A DNA stretch of 64,000 nucleotides. Origin: Synechococcus sp. GTDB taxonomy: Bacteria; Cyanobacteriota; Cyanobacteriia; PCC-6307; Cyanobiaceae. Below, one piece after another: positions 12,308-22,466 of this stretch. The position numbers and the translations under genes were made by a program. The stretch's first letter is position 1. Each line of letters starts with the position of its first letter. Below the pieces are notes generated by a model, which had not been told where the DNA came from, ran no database searches, and was given only the letters and a program-made list of their open reading frames with translations. The stretch spans positions 544,001-608,000 of the forward strand of contig JBJBCN010000003.1 of NCBI GenBank assembly GCA_047285805.1, read 5' to 3'.

Positions 12308-12989
12308 TTAGGGCCGCTTCAGCTTGAAGAACCGTCTCCAGCTTTTGCCCTGCTCCTGGGGCTGTTCGGGGCGTTTTTCGCTTGGCTGGTCCTCCGGGCC
12401 TGTGGCTAGTTCAACCACGAGGTTGCCCAGGTTGTAGTCGGGCTCGGGGATGGAGTCTTGTTCGCCGACCAGCTCCACCTCATCTTGAAGTGCTGGAACC
12501 TTCTCTGGCCCTGAGGCGTCCTCGCCAGGCTCTTCGGCAGGGGAAGGGCCTGTGGGTTTCTCTGCGTCCGATGCGCTGGTGGCCTCTTCTGCCGTTATTC
12601 CTGTCCCCCAGGGGGTGGCAGACGTGCCTTCGCGAGTTAGCTGCGTGGCCGCTGGCGCGATTCCTCGGTGTTGGCGGCTGGGGTGACGCTCGTGGGTGGT
12701 TGTTCCTCGCAACGTTTGAGACCGGCTTGGGCCAGATCCACCAGGATTGTGGCCGCGGCGCTGATGGCCACGGCTTGGTAGTAGGCCCGGGCTTCGTCGG
12801 GTTGTCCCAGTCCATAGGGTGGTCGTGGCCTGTGAGCAGATGCAGTCGGCCCAAGGCGGCTGTCTGGTGCGGCGTCCGGCGCCTGGAGCTCCATCAGAAG
12901 TGCCTCCGCCTGTTCGACGCATCGCTGAACGGTCCTTCTCCGTAGGCCCGTTCGATGGCTCCGTAGCGACCTTCGCTGGCACTGGTCAT
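12308..12989 (-). pseudogene. Hypothetical protein with an apparent helical-repeat N-terminus, broken by several frameshifts (or sequencing errors)
   Basis: Protein-like segments alternate between frames: MTSASEGRYGAIERAYGEG / EQAEALLMELQ / LGRLHLLTGH / YGLGQPDEARAYYQAV..LVDLAQAGLKRC / acidic tail ending KSWRRFFKLKRP. Confidence 0.6.
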
Positions 12990-13014
12990 TGCCGTGCGCT
13001 GCTCCCTCCGAGGT

Positions 13015-14034
13015 TTAGGTCGCTTTGCGCGAACTGGCCGCGCTTCGTTCGGGCTCCAGCCAGATCAGCTCGCGGTCCCAGCACAGGCAGCGCCTGCGGC
13101 TGAGGTCCCATTGGCCCGGGCCATACTCGGGCGGGAGGCGATGCAGCAGGTGCTCCGCCTGCTCCGCGTTGCCCAGGCTGACGCCTTGAATGCTCAGCCA
13201 GCGATGCAGGAGCCGCCGTTGGTTGCTGCGGGCGAGGGCCGTGAAGGAACGGCGGTGCAAGGCCCGCTGGGCTTGGGGGGTGGAACGCTCCAGGCTGGTC
13301 AAGGCGAGTTCCTCCAATTGGACTTGGCCATCCTCTTCTTGGGCCAGCCGTTCGCTGAGTTGGCTGATCCGCGTGCTCGCCCCGGGGTGCAGCGCCTCCA
13401 GAACCGGCAGGACCTCATGGCGCACCCGATTGCGGCTGAAGCCTGGATCGCTGTTGCTGGGGTCCAGCCAAATCGGTAATCCAAGCTTCTGGCACAGCTG
13501 GGCGGTGTCGTTGCGGCAGAACGCCAGGAGGGGACGCACCAGCTCGATCGTGCCGCTGAGGGTGCGCCTCGGCCTGAGGCTGGTGAGGCCGCGGCGATGG
13601 CTGCCCCGGGCGAGTTGGAGCAGGACTGTCTCGCTGCGGTCGCTGGCGGTGTGGCCGGTCACCACCCTGCGGCATCCCAGCCGTTGGGCCAGGGCCTCGA
13701 GCTGCCCGTAGCGCCAGGCGCGGGCCGAGGCTTCATCCGCCTGGGGGTTGCTCCAGTGGTCGAGCGCGATCGGTAGATCCTGCTCCTGGGCCCAGGCCTG
13801 GAGTTCGCGAGCCTGCTGCTCGGCTTCGGGGCGCCAGCCGTGATTGCCATGCCAGAGCTGCAGCGGCCAGTGGTGGAGCCGCCTCAGGTCGCACAAGAGC
13901 CCCACCAGGGCCATGGAGTCCTGACCTCCGGAGACCGCCAGCAGCAGGGGCTCCCCATCTGGCAGCAGATCGCTCTGCTGCAGCAACTGCTTGTGCAGCC
14001 GCCGATGCAGGTCGCTCCAGGGTTCAGTCATCAT
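13015..14034 (-). CDS. tilS: tRNA(Ile)-lysidine synthetase
   Basis: AVSGGQDS PP-loop, HGNHGWR, TGHTASD, DPSN...RNRVR. Confidence 0.96.
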   Translation of the reverse strand: MMTEPWSDLHRRLHKQLLQQSDLLPDGEPLLLAVSGGQDSMALVGLLCDLRRLHHWPLQLWHGNHGWRPEAEQQARELQAWAQEQDLPIALDHWSNPQADEASARAWRYGQLEALAQRLGCRRVVTGHTASDRSETVLLQLARGSHRRGLTSLRPRRTLSGTIELVRPLLAFCRNDTAQLCQKLGLPIWLDPSNSDPGFSRNRVRHEVLPVLEALHPGASTRISQLSERLAQEEDGQVQLEELALTSLERSTPQAQRALHRRSFTALARSNQRRLLHRWLSIQGVSLGNAEQAEHLLHRLPPEYGPGQWDLSRRRCLCWDRELIWLEPERSAASSRKAT

Positions 14035-14093
14035 CCCAGCCTGAATCGCCCTGGCCCAGCGTGTGAGAATCGCAAAACTCCATCTGTACTGGC

Positions 14094-14849
14094 ATGTCCC
14101 GCCTCGATCGGCTGCCCGCTTCCCTTCGCACGGCCCTGGCCGAGAAGCGTGCTCTCAAGGTGATTGCTGGCCTCACCAACTTTGACGCCGCCAGCGTTGA
14201 GCGCATCAGCCGCGCAGCCGGCCTCGGTGGTGCTGATCTGATCGACGTGGCCTGCGACGCCGAGCTGGTGCAATTGGCCGCTTCCGTCGCGGGTCTGCCC
14301 ATCTGCGTGAGCGCTGTCGATCCTGAGCTGTTCCCCGCTGCGGTGGTCGCCGGTGCGGCCATGGTCGAGATAGGTAACTACGACGCCTTCTACCCCCTTG
14401 GCCGCATCTTTGATGCCGCTGAGGTGCTCTCCATCACCCGCCGCACTCGCGAACTGCTGCCTAAGGTGGTCCTGAGCGTGACCGTCCCCCACGTGCTGCC
14501 CCTGGACCAGCAGGAGCAGCTCGCCGCTGATCTGGTGGTCGCTGGCGCCGACATCATCCAGACCGAGGGTGGTACCAGTGCCAAGCCCTTCAGCGCCGGC
14601 AGCCTCGGCCTGATCGAGAAGGCTGCCCCCACCCTGGCCGCTGCCCACAGCATCAGCCGCGCCGTGGCTGTGCCCGTGCTTTGCGCGTCGGGCCTGTCCT
14701 CCGTCACTGTGCCGATGGCGATCGCCTCCGGTGCCGCTGGCGTGGGCGTGGGCTCCGCCGTCAACAAGCTCAACGATGAGCTGGCCATGGTCGCCGTGGT
14801 TCGAGGCCTGCGCGAAGCCCTGGGCACGACCGTTCAGGCCGCCGTCTGA
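14094..14849 (+). CDS. ycf23: DUF561 / Ycf23 family protein
   Basis: LKVIAGLTNFD, EIGNYD and QTEGG motifs; sits between tilS and uvrB. Confidence 0.85.
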   Translation: MSRLDRLPASLRTALAEKRALKVIAGLTNFDAASVERISRAAGLGGADLIDVACDAELVQLAASVAGLPICVSAVDPELFPAAVVAGAAMVEIGNYDAFYPLGRIFDAAEVLSITRRTRELLPKVVLSVTVPHVLPLDQQEQLAADLVVAGADIIQTEGGTSAKPFSAGSLGLIEKAAPTLAAAHSISRAVAVPVLCASGLSSVTVPMAIASGAAGVGVGSAVNKLNDELAMVAVVRGLREALGTTVQAAV

Positions 14850-14877
14850 GATTCAGTGCTGGATCGCTTTTGATTTG

Positions 14878-14906
14878 ACCCATGCCCCCAAGGGCATGGG
14901 TTTTTT
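14878..14906 (+). terminator. Rho-independent terminator after ycf23
   Basis: CCCATGCCC-CCAA-GGGCATGGG followed by T6. Confidence 0.85.
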
Positions 14907-14954
14907 GTTGTTGGGGCATCCACGCCTCCTGGGCGGTTGTCAGAGAATGGCCGG

Positions 14955-16964
14955 ATGCCTAACCCGTTTGAAATCCACGCTCCCTACGAGCCCAAAGGGG
15001 ATCAGCCCGAGGCGATCAAGGCCCTCGTGGCTGGCGTGGAATCGGGCGAGCGCTATCAGACCCTGCTAGGGGCGACGGGAACCGGTAAGACCTTCACCAT
15101 CGCCAACGTAATTGCCAAGACCGGCCGGCCGGCTTTGGTCTTGGCCCACAACAAAACGCTGGCGGCCCAGCTCTGCAATGAGCTTCGGGAGTTCTTTCCG
15201 AAGAACGCCGTTGAGTACTTCATCTCTTACTACGACTACTACCAGCCGGAGGCGTATGTGCCCGTCTCCGATACCTACATCGCCAAAACGGCCTCGATCA
15301 ACGAAGAGATCGACATGTTGCGGCACTCCGCGACTCGCTCCCTTTTCGAGCGTCGCGATGTGATCGTCGTCGCCTCGATCAGTTGTATCTATGGCCTGGG
15401 GATTCCTAGTGAATACCTCAAGGCTGCCGTGAAATTTGAGGTGGGGGAAACCCTTAACCTGCGCGGCTCCCTTCGAGAGTTGGTCAACAACCAGTACTCC
15501 CGCAACGACCTCGAGATCTCCCGCGGACGTTTCCGGGTGCGGGGTGATGTGCTCGAGATTGGCCCCGCCTACGAAGACCGCCTGGTGCGGATCGAGCTCT
15601 TCGGCGATGAGGTCGAGGCCATCCGCTATGTGGACCCCACCACCGGTGAAATCCTCCAGAGCCTGGAGTCCATCAGCGTCTATCCGGCTAAGCACTTCGT
15701 GACCCCCAAGGAGCGCCTGGAGGATGCGATCAAGGCCATTCGCTCGGAACTGCGGGAGCGTCTCGATGTCCTGAATGAGCAGGGCAAGTTGCTGGAGGCT
15801 CAGCGCCTGGAGCAGCGCACCACCTACGACCTGGAGATGCTCGAGCAGGTCGGTTACTGCAACGGCGTGGAGAACTATGCGCGCCATCTCGCCGGCCGGC
15901 AGGCGGGGACACCGGCGGAATGCCTGATCGACTATTTCCCCGAGGACTGGTTGCTGGTGGTGGATGAGTCCCACGTAACCTGCTCCCAGTTGCAGGCGAT
16001 GTACAACGGTGATCAAGCCCGTAAGGGCGTGCTGATTGAGCACGGCTTCCGGCTTCCAAGCGCCGCGGACAACCGCCCGCTCAAGGGCGATGAGTTCTGG
16101 GAGAAGGCTCGCCAGAGCATCTTCGTAAGCGCCACCCCGGGGGACTGGGAGCTCAAGCAGAGCGACTCCGAAGTCGTTGAGCAGGTGATCCGTCCGACCG
16201 GAGTCCTCGACCCCATCGTCGAGGTGCGGCCGACCGATGGCCAGGTGGATGACCTGCTCGGCGAAATTCGCCTCCGGGCGGAGAAGAAGGAACGGGTCCT
16301 GATTACGACCCTGACCAAGCGGATGGCGGAAGACCTGACCGATTACCTCGCGGAGAATGGCGTCCGGGTTCGCTATCTCCACTCGGAGATTCACTCGATC
16401 GAGCGGATCGAGATCATCCAGGACCTTCGCAACGGCGAGTACGACGTGCTTGTGGGCGTGAACCTCCTCCGGGAGGGCCTGGATCTACCCGAGGTTTCCC
16501 TGGTGGCGATCCTGGATGCGGACAAGGAGGGCTTTTTGCGGGCTGAGCGCTCCTTGATTCAGACCATTGGCCGGGCGGCACGGCACGTGGAAGGGGTGGC
16601 GCTTCTCTACGCAGACAACCTGACCGATTCCATGGCCAAGGCCATCTCGGAAACCGAGCGCCGGCGTGCCATTCAGCAGACCTATAACGAGAAGCACGGC
16701 ATCACGCCAACCCCGGCCGGTAAGCGGGGCAGCAATTCCATCCTGGCCTTCTTGGAGGTGTCGAGGCGCCTCAACGATGAGCAGTTGGAGCAGGCCACGG
16801 AGCAGGCCGAGCACAACGATGTGCCGTTGGATTCCCTGCCCGAGCTGATTCAACAACTCGAGGACAAGATGAAATCAGCGGCCAAAAATCTTGACTTTGA
16901 AGAGGCCGCCAACCTGCGCGATCGCATCAAAGGTCTGCGCCAAAAGCTTGTCGGTAAGCCCTAA
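14955..16964 (+). CDS. uvrB: Excinuclease ABC subunit B
   Basis: [27 protein letters not shown]-terminal UVR domain (FEEAANLRD). Confidence 0.98.
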   Translation: MPNPFEIHAPYEPKGDQPEAIKALVAGVESGERYQTLLGATGTGKTFTIANVIAKTGRPALVLAHNKTLAAQLCNELREFFPKNAVEYFISYYDYYQPEAYVPVSDTYIAKTASINEEIDMLRHSATRSLFERRDVIVVASISCIYGLGIPSEYLKAAVKFEVGETLNLRGSLRELVNNQYSRNDLEISRGRFRVRGDVLEIGPAYEDRLVRIELFGDEVEAIRYVDPTTGEILQSLESISVYPAKHFVTPKERLEDAIKAIRSELRERLDVLNEQGKLLEAQRLEQRTTYDLEMLEQVGYCNGVENYARHLAGRQAGTPAECLIDYFPEDWLLVVDESHVTCSQLQAMYNGDQARKGVLIEHGFRLPSAADNRPLKGDEFWEKARQSIFVSATPGDWELKQSDSEVVEQVIRPTGVLDPIVEVRPTDGQVDDLLGEIRLRAEKKERVLITTLTKRMAEDLTDYLAENGVRVRYLHSEIHSIERIEIIQDLRNGEYDVLVGVNLLREGLDLPEVSLVAILDADKEGFLRAERSLIQTIGRAARHVEGVALLYADNLTDSMAKAISETERRRAIQQTYNEKHGITPTPAGKRGSNSILAFLEVSRRLNDEQLEQATEQAEHNDVPLDSLPELIQQLEDKMKSAAKNLDFEEAANLRDRIKGLRQKLVGKP

Positions 16965-17066
16965 GTCAGCGAAAGTGGAGCCGCAGCCTCGAGCTGATCT
17001 TTCCCTTTTCTTTCGACTTTGGCCCTGGAGTCACGGCTAAAGGTGAGCTAATCGCCGGGGAGGCGA

Positions 17067-19184
17067 ATGGGCTATTACCTGCTGCATCTCCATGTGCATG
17101 GCCTGTTTCGCGGCCATGACCTGGAGCTTGGGCGTGATGCGGATACCGGTGGACAGACCACCTATGTGCTCGAGCTGGTCAAGGGACTTGCGGCTCGCCC
17201 CGAGGTGGATCGCGTCGACGTCGTCACCCGGTTGATTCAGGACAAGCGGGTCTCCCCCGACTACACCCAGGCCCATGAGCCGCTGGGTGGCGGGGCCAAC
17301 ATCGTCCGCCTGCCTTGCGGTCCCCGGCGCTATCTGCGCAAGGAACTGCTCTGGCCCTATCTCGATGAGATGGCCGATGCGGTTACAGCGCATATTGCGG
17401 CCCAGCCCCAGCGGCCGAATTGGATCCATGCCCACTACGCCGATGCCGGCTATGTGGGGGCGCTGGTCTCCCAACGGCTTGGGATCCCCTTGGTGTTCAC
17501 CGGCCATTCCCTTGGCCGCGAGAAACAACGGCGTCTGCTCGAGGGCGGGTTGACCCATGAGCAGATCGAGCAGACCTATGCCATCGGCCGCCGTATCGAT
17601 GCCGAGGAACGGACCTTGGCCCAATCCGCCCTGGTGATTACCAGCACCCAGCAGGAGGCCCAGCAGCAGTACGCCCGCTACAACCGCTTTGAGGCTGAGC
17701 ATGCTGCGGTTGTGCCTCCGGGCGTGGACGCCCAGCGTTTCCATCCCGTGGCGATGCCCGGTGAGGCCTCGGATGTGGAGGCTCTGATGGAGCCGTTCCT
17801 GCGGGAGCCGAACAAATCACCGCTGCTCACGATCTGCCGGGCGGTGCGTCGTAAGAACGTCCCCGCTCTGGTGGAGGCCTACGGGCGCTCGGCCCTCTTG
17901 CAGGAGCGCCACAACCTCGTACTGGTGCTGGGCTGTCGGGAGGATCCCCGCTCCATGGAGAAGCAGCAGCGGGACCAGTTCCAGCAGATCTTTGAACTTG
18001 TCGATCGCTTCGATCTCTACGGCAAGGTCGCCTATCCGAAGCAGCATCGTGGTGAGCAGATTCCGGCCATCTATCGCTGGGCGGCCCAGCGATGCGGGAT
18101 CTTCGTCAATCCAGCCCTGACCGAGCCCTTTGGCTTGACACTATTGGAGGCAGCCGCCTGTGGCTTGCCCTTGGTGAGCACCGACGACGGTGGGCCGCGG
18201 GACATCCTTCAGCGTTGCGCAAACGGTCAGCTGGCCGACGTCACCGACCTGGATGTTCTTCAGCAGGCCCTGGAGGAGGCGGGTGCGGATCTAGAGCGTT
18301 GGCGGCGCTGGCGCGACAACGGCATTGAGGCCATCAGCCGGAATTTCAGCTGGGATGCCCATGTTTGTAGCTACCTCGGGGAAGCGGAGCGCCATTGCAG
18401 CGCTTGGCGTCGTCCTGTGCTGACAGCTGTGCCCCCCGTGCCGGCCCCGCCGGTGCAACGGCTGCTGTTGCTCGACCTCGATGTCTGCCTGCAATCGGCG
18501 CAGCCAGCCGGGCTGGAGGATCTCCGCCGCCGCCTCGCCGCCGATCCCAACTGCGGCATTGGCATGTTGAGCGGGCGCAACTTCGCCTCGGCCCGACTGC
18601 GCTTCGCCGAGCTGTATCTGCCTGAGCCCCAGGTTTGGATCCTGGAGGCTGGAGCGGACCTGCGTTTTGGTCCAGAGGGCCGGCCGGATCCCAGTTGGCA
18701 GCAACACATTGCCCAGGGTTGGCAGCGGGAGAAGGTTGAGCAGGTGCTTGAGGGGCTCAGCCCCCGCCTGACTCTGCAGCCGGCTGTGAACCAGGGCAGT
18801 TGCAAAGTCAGCTACACCCTGGAGGCGCCCACCGCTGGTGTGCTCGAAATGGTGCGGCAACGGCTGCGCCAGCACCGCTTGGAGGCCCGGGCCCACCTCT
18901 TCCACCACTGGTTTTTGGACGTCTTGCCGATGCGGGCGTCTAAGGCCGATGCCATTCGCCACCTCTGCCTGAATTGGGGGCTACCCCTGGAGCAAGTCCT
19001 GGTCGTGGCGGCCCAGCAGGGGGATGCGGAACTTCTGAACGGCAGCTCCCTCGGCCTGGTGACGGCGGAGCATGACCATTCACTCGATCAGCTGCGTCGC
19101 CGTTCGAAGGTCTTCTTCGCCTCCAGGCCCCAAGCCTGGGGCGTGTTGGAGGGCTTGGATCACTACCGCTTCCTGACCCGCTAG
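17067..19184 (+). CDS. sps: Sucrose-phosphate synthase (GT4 domain plus HAD/SPP-like domain)
   Basis: LGRDADTGGQ, HAHYADAG, TGHSLG and EPFGLTLLEA motifs. Confidence 0.93.
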   Translation: MGYYLLHLHVHGLFRGHDLELGRDADTGGQTTYVLELVKGLAARPEVDRVDVVTRLIQDKRVSPDYTQAHEPLGGGANIVRLPCGPRRYLRKELLWPYLDEMADAVTAHIAAQPQRPNWIHAHYADAGYVGALVSQRLGIPLVFTGHSLGREKQRRLLEGGLTHEQIEQTYAIGRRIDAEERTLAQSALVITSTQQEAQQQYARYNRFEAEHAAVVPPGVDAQRFHPVAMPGEASDVEALMEPFLREPNKSPLLTICRAVRRKNVPALVEAYGRSALLQERHNLVLVLGCREDPRSMEKQQRDQFQQIFELVDRFDLYGKVAYPKQHRGEQIPAIYRWAAQRCGIFVNPALTEPFGLTLLEAAACGLPLVSTDDGGPRDILQRCANGQLADVTDLDVLQQALEEAGADLERWRRWRDNGIEAISRNFSWDAHVCSYLGEAERHCSAWRRPVLTAVPPVPAPPVQRLLLLDLDVCLQSAQPAGLEDLRRRLAADPNCGIGMLSGRNFASARLRFAELYLPEPQVWILEAGADLRFGPEGRPDPSWQQHIAQGWQREKVEQVLEGLSPRLTLQPAVNQGSCKVSYTLEAPTAGVLEMVRQRLRQHRLEARAHLFHHWFLDVLPMRASKADAIRHLCLNWGLPLEQVLVVAAQQGDAELLNGSSLGLVTAEHDHSLDQLRRRSKVFFASRPQAWGVLEGLDHYRFLTR

Positions 19185-20206
19185 GGCAGTAGTGCGTCGG
19201 GGTCTTGGCTCAGGTAGTTCTGGCGATTCGGGTTGCTATCGGGCATCCAGTAGCTGATGTCCTGGTGCCAGAACGGCACCCCCTCGACGCGGCTGGAGGC
19301 CAGTTGGGTGGTAGCCATGGCCGTGATCAGCTTGCCCATGTCGATGGGGGAGAGATCCGTGCGGATGTCCTTACCGGCGATCTCCATCAACTCGGGCAGT
19401 CGCGTCGCCATGACTGGGTTGGCCAGTTTGCGGAAGACCTCAGCCAAGACGAGTTTCTGCCGTTCCATGCGGCCGATGTCGCCCAGCTGGTCGTGGCGGA
19501 AGCGCAGGAACCCTTCGAGTGCCTCCCCTTTGAGTAGTTGACGTCCGGGGTAGAGGTCGATGTAAAGCCCTTGGCTGTTGTCGACGTAGGCCATCCGCTT
19601 GGGGACGTCGACTTCGACGCCGCCGATGGCGTCGGCGAGCCGCTGCACGGCGTTGAGGTTCAGGACCAGATAGCGGTCGACCTTGGCTGAGAGCAGCTTG
19701 CTGAGCTCCGCCTTGACCATCTCGGGACCGCCGCTGCTGTAGAGGGCGTTGGCCTTCATCACGCCATAGCGCTCTGAGTGGATAAAGGTGTCCCTGGGGA
19801 CCTGGGTGAGCTTGGTGCGGCCCTCGTCGAGGTGCATCGTCAGCATCACGTCGGTGTTTGTGCTGACGTCGTCGCTGCCCAGCACGACGATGCGGCGATC
19901 CCCGGAGGCCACCGGGGCCACCAGCGAACCGATCAGTTGCTTGGGTTGATCAAAGGCCCCCATCACGAGGGCCGGCAGGCCGTGGAGTGCGTACCCCAGG
20001 CCCAATCCAGCCACGAAGAGGGGCAAGCGGGGGAGCCCCTGGCGGCGCTTGACGGGTTTGGCCGGTGCCGCGGTTGGTCGCCGGCGATCAAGCTGCGTCA
20101 CGTTGTCGCGGTGGCTGCGGCGTTCAGCAGGTTGGAGGTCCGCTTTCCCCCGCCTGGGGTCCCTTTGCGGATTGCGCGGCTGGCGCTTGGGTTGGGCGGG
20201 GGACAT
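19181..20206 (-). CDS. LytR-CpsA-Psr (LCP) family protein
   Basis: TDVM, VPRDT, GGVEVDV, RFRHD..GDIGRMERQ motifs; N-terminal TM segment; start could be 20242. Confidence 0.9.
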   Translation of the reverse strand: MSPAQPKRQPRNPQRDPRRGKADLQPAERRSHRDNVTQLDRRRPTAAPAKPVKRRQGLPRLPLFVAGLGLGYALHGLPALVMGAFDQPKQLIGSLVAPVASGDRRIVVLGSDDVSTNTDVMLTMHLDEGRTKLTQVPRDTFIHSERYGVMKANALYSSGGPEMVKAELSKLLSAKVDRYLVLNLNAVQRLADAIGGVEVDVPKRMAYVDNSQGLYIDLYPGRQLLKGEALEGFLRFRHDQLGDIGRMERQKLVLAEVFRKLANPVMATRLPELMEIAGKDIRTDLSPIDMGKLITAMATTQLASSRVEGVPFWHQDISYWMPDSNPNRQNYLSQDPDALLP

Positions 20207-20269
20207 AACGCTCTCAGATGAGTGCAAGCTACCGCCCGTCATCCCCTGGGGCCAGAGGGGTTTGGGCCT

Positions 20270-21451
20270 CTAGATCACCTGGATCTTGCTGGCGGCCTGA
20301 TCCGCTTTTTGCCGGGCGTCCTCCATGTCCGCGCCGCGCGCCAGGGCGACGCCCATCCTCCGGTAGGGGCGGGCATCGGGTTTGCCAAAGAGGAGCACCT
20401 GCACATCGGTTTCAGCCAGGGCGTCCTCCAGGCCGCTGAAGGCCACGGTCTCGCTTTGGCGCTCGGCCAGGATCACGCGACTCGCGGCAGCTCCCTCGGA
20501 GCGGATCTCGGGGATGGGCAGCCCTAGGACAGCCCGCAGGTGCAGCTCGAACTCACTCAGGTTCTGGCCCACGAGGGTGACCAGGCCGGTGTCGTGGGGG
20601 CGGGGCGAGAGCTCGGAGAAGACCACCTCGCTGCTGCCATCGGGGCGGCGGCAGACGAAAAACTCCACGCCAAAGATCCCGGCGCCGCCGAGGTTGTCCG
20701 TGACCTCCCGGGCCATGGTTTGTGCGGCGGCCAGTTGCTCCCGCTCCAGTTGGGCGGGTTGCCAGCTGCACTGGTAGTCACCCCGCTCTTGGATGTGACC
20801 GATGGGCGGGCAGAACAGCGTTGGGCCGTTCCACTGTTTGACGGTCAGCAGGGTGATCTCCTGCTCAAAGTGTAGGAACTCCTCGACGATCACCCGGGCT
20901 CCGCTGCCTCGGGCTCCAGCCATTGCGGCCTCCCAAGCTGCGACGATGCCCTCCGGTGCGTTCACTACGCTCTGCCCCTTGCCCGAGGAGCTCATCACGG
21001 GTTTCACCACCACGGGCCAACCCAGGGGAGCGGCGGCCTGGGCTAATTCCTCGTCGCTGCTGGCATAGGCGAACTTAGCGGTGCGTAGCCCGAGATCCTT
21101 GGCGGCCAGGTCGCGGATGCGGTCACGGTTCATGGTCACGGCCGTGGCCCGGGCCGTGGGAATCACGGTGGTGCCCTCCCCCTCCAGCTCTGCCAGGGCA
21201 TCGACGGCCAAGGCTTCAATTTCAGGGATCAAGACGTCCGGCTGGTGCTGCCGCACAACGGCCTTGAGCGCCTCCGGGTCGGTCATCGGCACGACCTCGG
21301 CTACGTCCGCGACCTGCATGGCCGGGGCTCCGGCGTAGCGATCCACAGCGATGACTCGGCAACCCAGGCGCTGGGCCGCGATGGCGACCTCCTTGCCCAA
21401 TTCACCGCTGCCCAGGAGCATCAGAGTGCGGGGGAAGTTGGAACTGGCCAT
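20270..21451 (-). CDS. purT: Formate-dependent phosphoribosylglycinamide formyltransferase
   Basis: LLGSGELGKE, KPVMSSSGKGQS, SPRPHDTG and RRMGVALA motifs. Confidence 0.97.
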   Translation of the reverse strand: MASSNFPRTLMLLGSGELGKEVAIAAQRLGCRVIAVDRYAGAPAMQVADVAEVVPMTDPEALKAVVRQHQPDVLIPEIEALAVDALAELEGEGTTVIPTARATAVTMNRDRIRDLAAKDLGLRTAKFAYASSDEELAQAAAPLGWPVVVKPVMSSSGKGQSVVNAPEGIVAAWEAAMAGARGSGARVIVEEFLHFEQEITLLTVKQWNGPTLFCPPIGHIQERGDYQCSWQPAQLEREQLAAAQTMAREVTDNLGGAGIFGVEFFVCRRPDGSSEVVFSELSPRPHDTGLVTLVGQNLSEFELHLRAVLGLPIPEIRSEGAAASRVILAERQSETVAFSGLEDALAETDVQVLLFGKPDARPYRRMGVALARGADMEDARQKADQAASKIQVI

Positions 21452-21483
21452 GGCCGCCGCGGAGAAGAGAGACTTGCGCGATC

Positions 21484-21672
21484 TTGCATCGCCGCGTGCC
21501 CGTGCTGTTGTTCGCCCCTTTTGCTTACGCCACTGCCGGTGATGCAGCGGATGGTCTGCTCAATGGTCTGAGCATTGAGGACCTGCAGCGCTGGACCTTG
21601 ATCTATCTGGGGATTTCGGCGCTGGCCTTCGTGCTGGTTTGGCTGATTGGCTATCTGCGCCGGGCAGGTTGA
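21484..21672 (+). CDS. Small hypothetical membrane protein
   Basis: ORF with a C-terminal TM helix (WTLIYLGISALAFVLVWLIGYL); start uncertain (GTG at 21496 or 21502 possible). Confidence 0.65.
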   Translation: MHRRVPVLLFAPFAYATAGDAADGLLNGLSIEDLQRWTLIYLGISALAFVLVWLIGYLRRAG

Positions 21673-21676
21673 GTTC

Positions 21677-21919
21677 CTAGTCCGGTTCGATCAGGTTCAG
21701 CTGCCGGACCGGTGACTGCTCATCGATGAAGCCATAGGCCGCAAAGACGCCGGCATCGATGTGGGTGATGTGTTGACCATCGCTATGGCGTTCAAGCACA
21801 AACCCCTCAGAGGCCATGCGTCGCATCAGGGCGGCGGCTTCTTCAAAGCGGGCAGCCATCGCCTCCAGGCTGGCGCAGTCGCCCGTGAGCCCGGTTTCCT
21901 TCCAGGTGAAGTAAGCCAT
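21677..21919 (-). CDS. Small hypothetical protein (MAYFTWKETGL...); apparent integration target
   Basis: 80-aa ORF with host-like codon usage; GGAG about 11 nt upstream of the ATG. Confidence 0.8.
   Translation of the reverse strand: MAYFTWKETGLTGDCASLEAMAARFEEAAALMRRMASEGFVLERHSDGQHITHIDAGVFAAYGFIDEQSPVRQLNLIEPD
21899..21919. repeat. 21-bp direct repeat, left copy (att-like)
   Basis: CTTCCAGGTGAAGTAAGCCAT, identical to 24043-24063. Confidence 0.9.
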
Positions 21920-21988
21920 TATTGAAATACTCCGTAACGAGCGTAGTGACTGGAAGGAGTTTGAGGGATTGAGGTTTGGCTGAAGACA

Positions 21989-22008
21989 GTTGGTATGTGG
22001 TTGGTATG
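21989..22008. repeat. Tandem 9-bp direct repeat GTTGGTATG with 11-bp period
   Basis: GTTGGTATG-TG-GTTGGTATG, about 70 bp inside the left direct repeat. Confidence 0.6.
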
Positions 22009-22149
22009 CCGACTGTTTTTGGCCTGATCCCTCACTGCTGCAAACATGGCACGGTCTGATTGCCGTGAAACAGATCGCGGCTGCTGGAAGCGGGGCGACG
22101 GAACAGGTGCTTTTGCTGATGCGGGTTGCTCTTCACTGGAAATAAAACG

Positions 22150-22214
22150 GATTCAGATGACCCGATGGGGGGTCCGAGAGGGCGACTAGGCGGTGTTCGA
22201 AGCACCGCCTTTTT
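22150..22214 (+). ncRNA. Candidate small RNA, unit 1
   Basis: GACCC-GATGGG-GGGTC hairpin, GAGAGGG, then terminator AGGCGGTG-TTCGAAG-CACCGCCT-TTTT. Confidence 0.45.
22188..22214 (+). terminator. Rho-independent terminator
   Basis: 8-bp GC-rich stem followed by a T-tract. Confidence 0.8.
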
Positions 22215-22384
22215 GTGTGCTTCGAGATTGATGCTTTTGCTGGTGTCGCCTGCCTGCTGGGCGACCTATCAATGAGTCACACACCAAAAGACCTGCCTTC
22301 GTTCAGACGGGTCGGGTGCCAAGGGCGGTTTCCTGGGGTGAGTGCTCTTGACCGAACCTCCTGCGACGGTTTTCCTACTCGTGA

Positions 22385-22466
22385 GGATTCAAGAACCCGA
22401 ATAGACCTGGTGAGGTCAAGGGACAGGACTGCTGAACCCCTGGGGTCGAACACTCAGGGGTTTTTT
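22385..22466 (+). ncRNA. Candidate small RNA, unit 2
   Basis: GACCT-GGTG-AGGTC hairpin, AAGGGAC, then terminator AACCCCTG...CAGGGGTT-TTTT. Confidence 0.45.
22435..22466 (+). terminator. Rho-independent terminator
   Basis: CCCCTG/CAGGGG stem followed by T6. Confidence 0.8.

Noticed and set aside
22157..22189. 10-codon mini-ORF MTRWGVREGD inside sRNA unit 1
   Set aside because: No equivalent frame is present in the other units, so the shared signal looks structural rather than coding.
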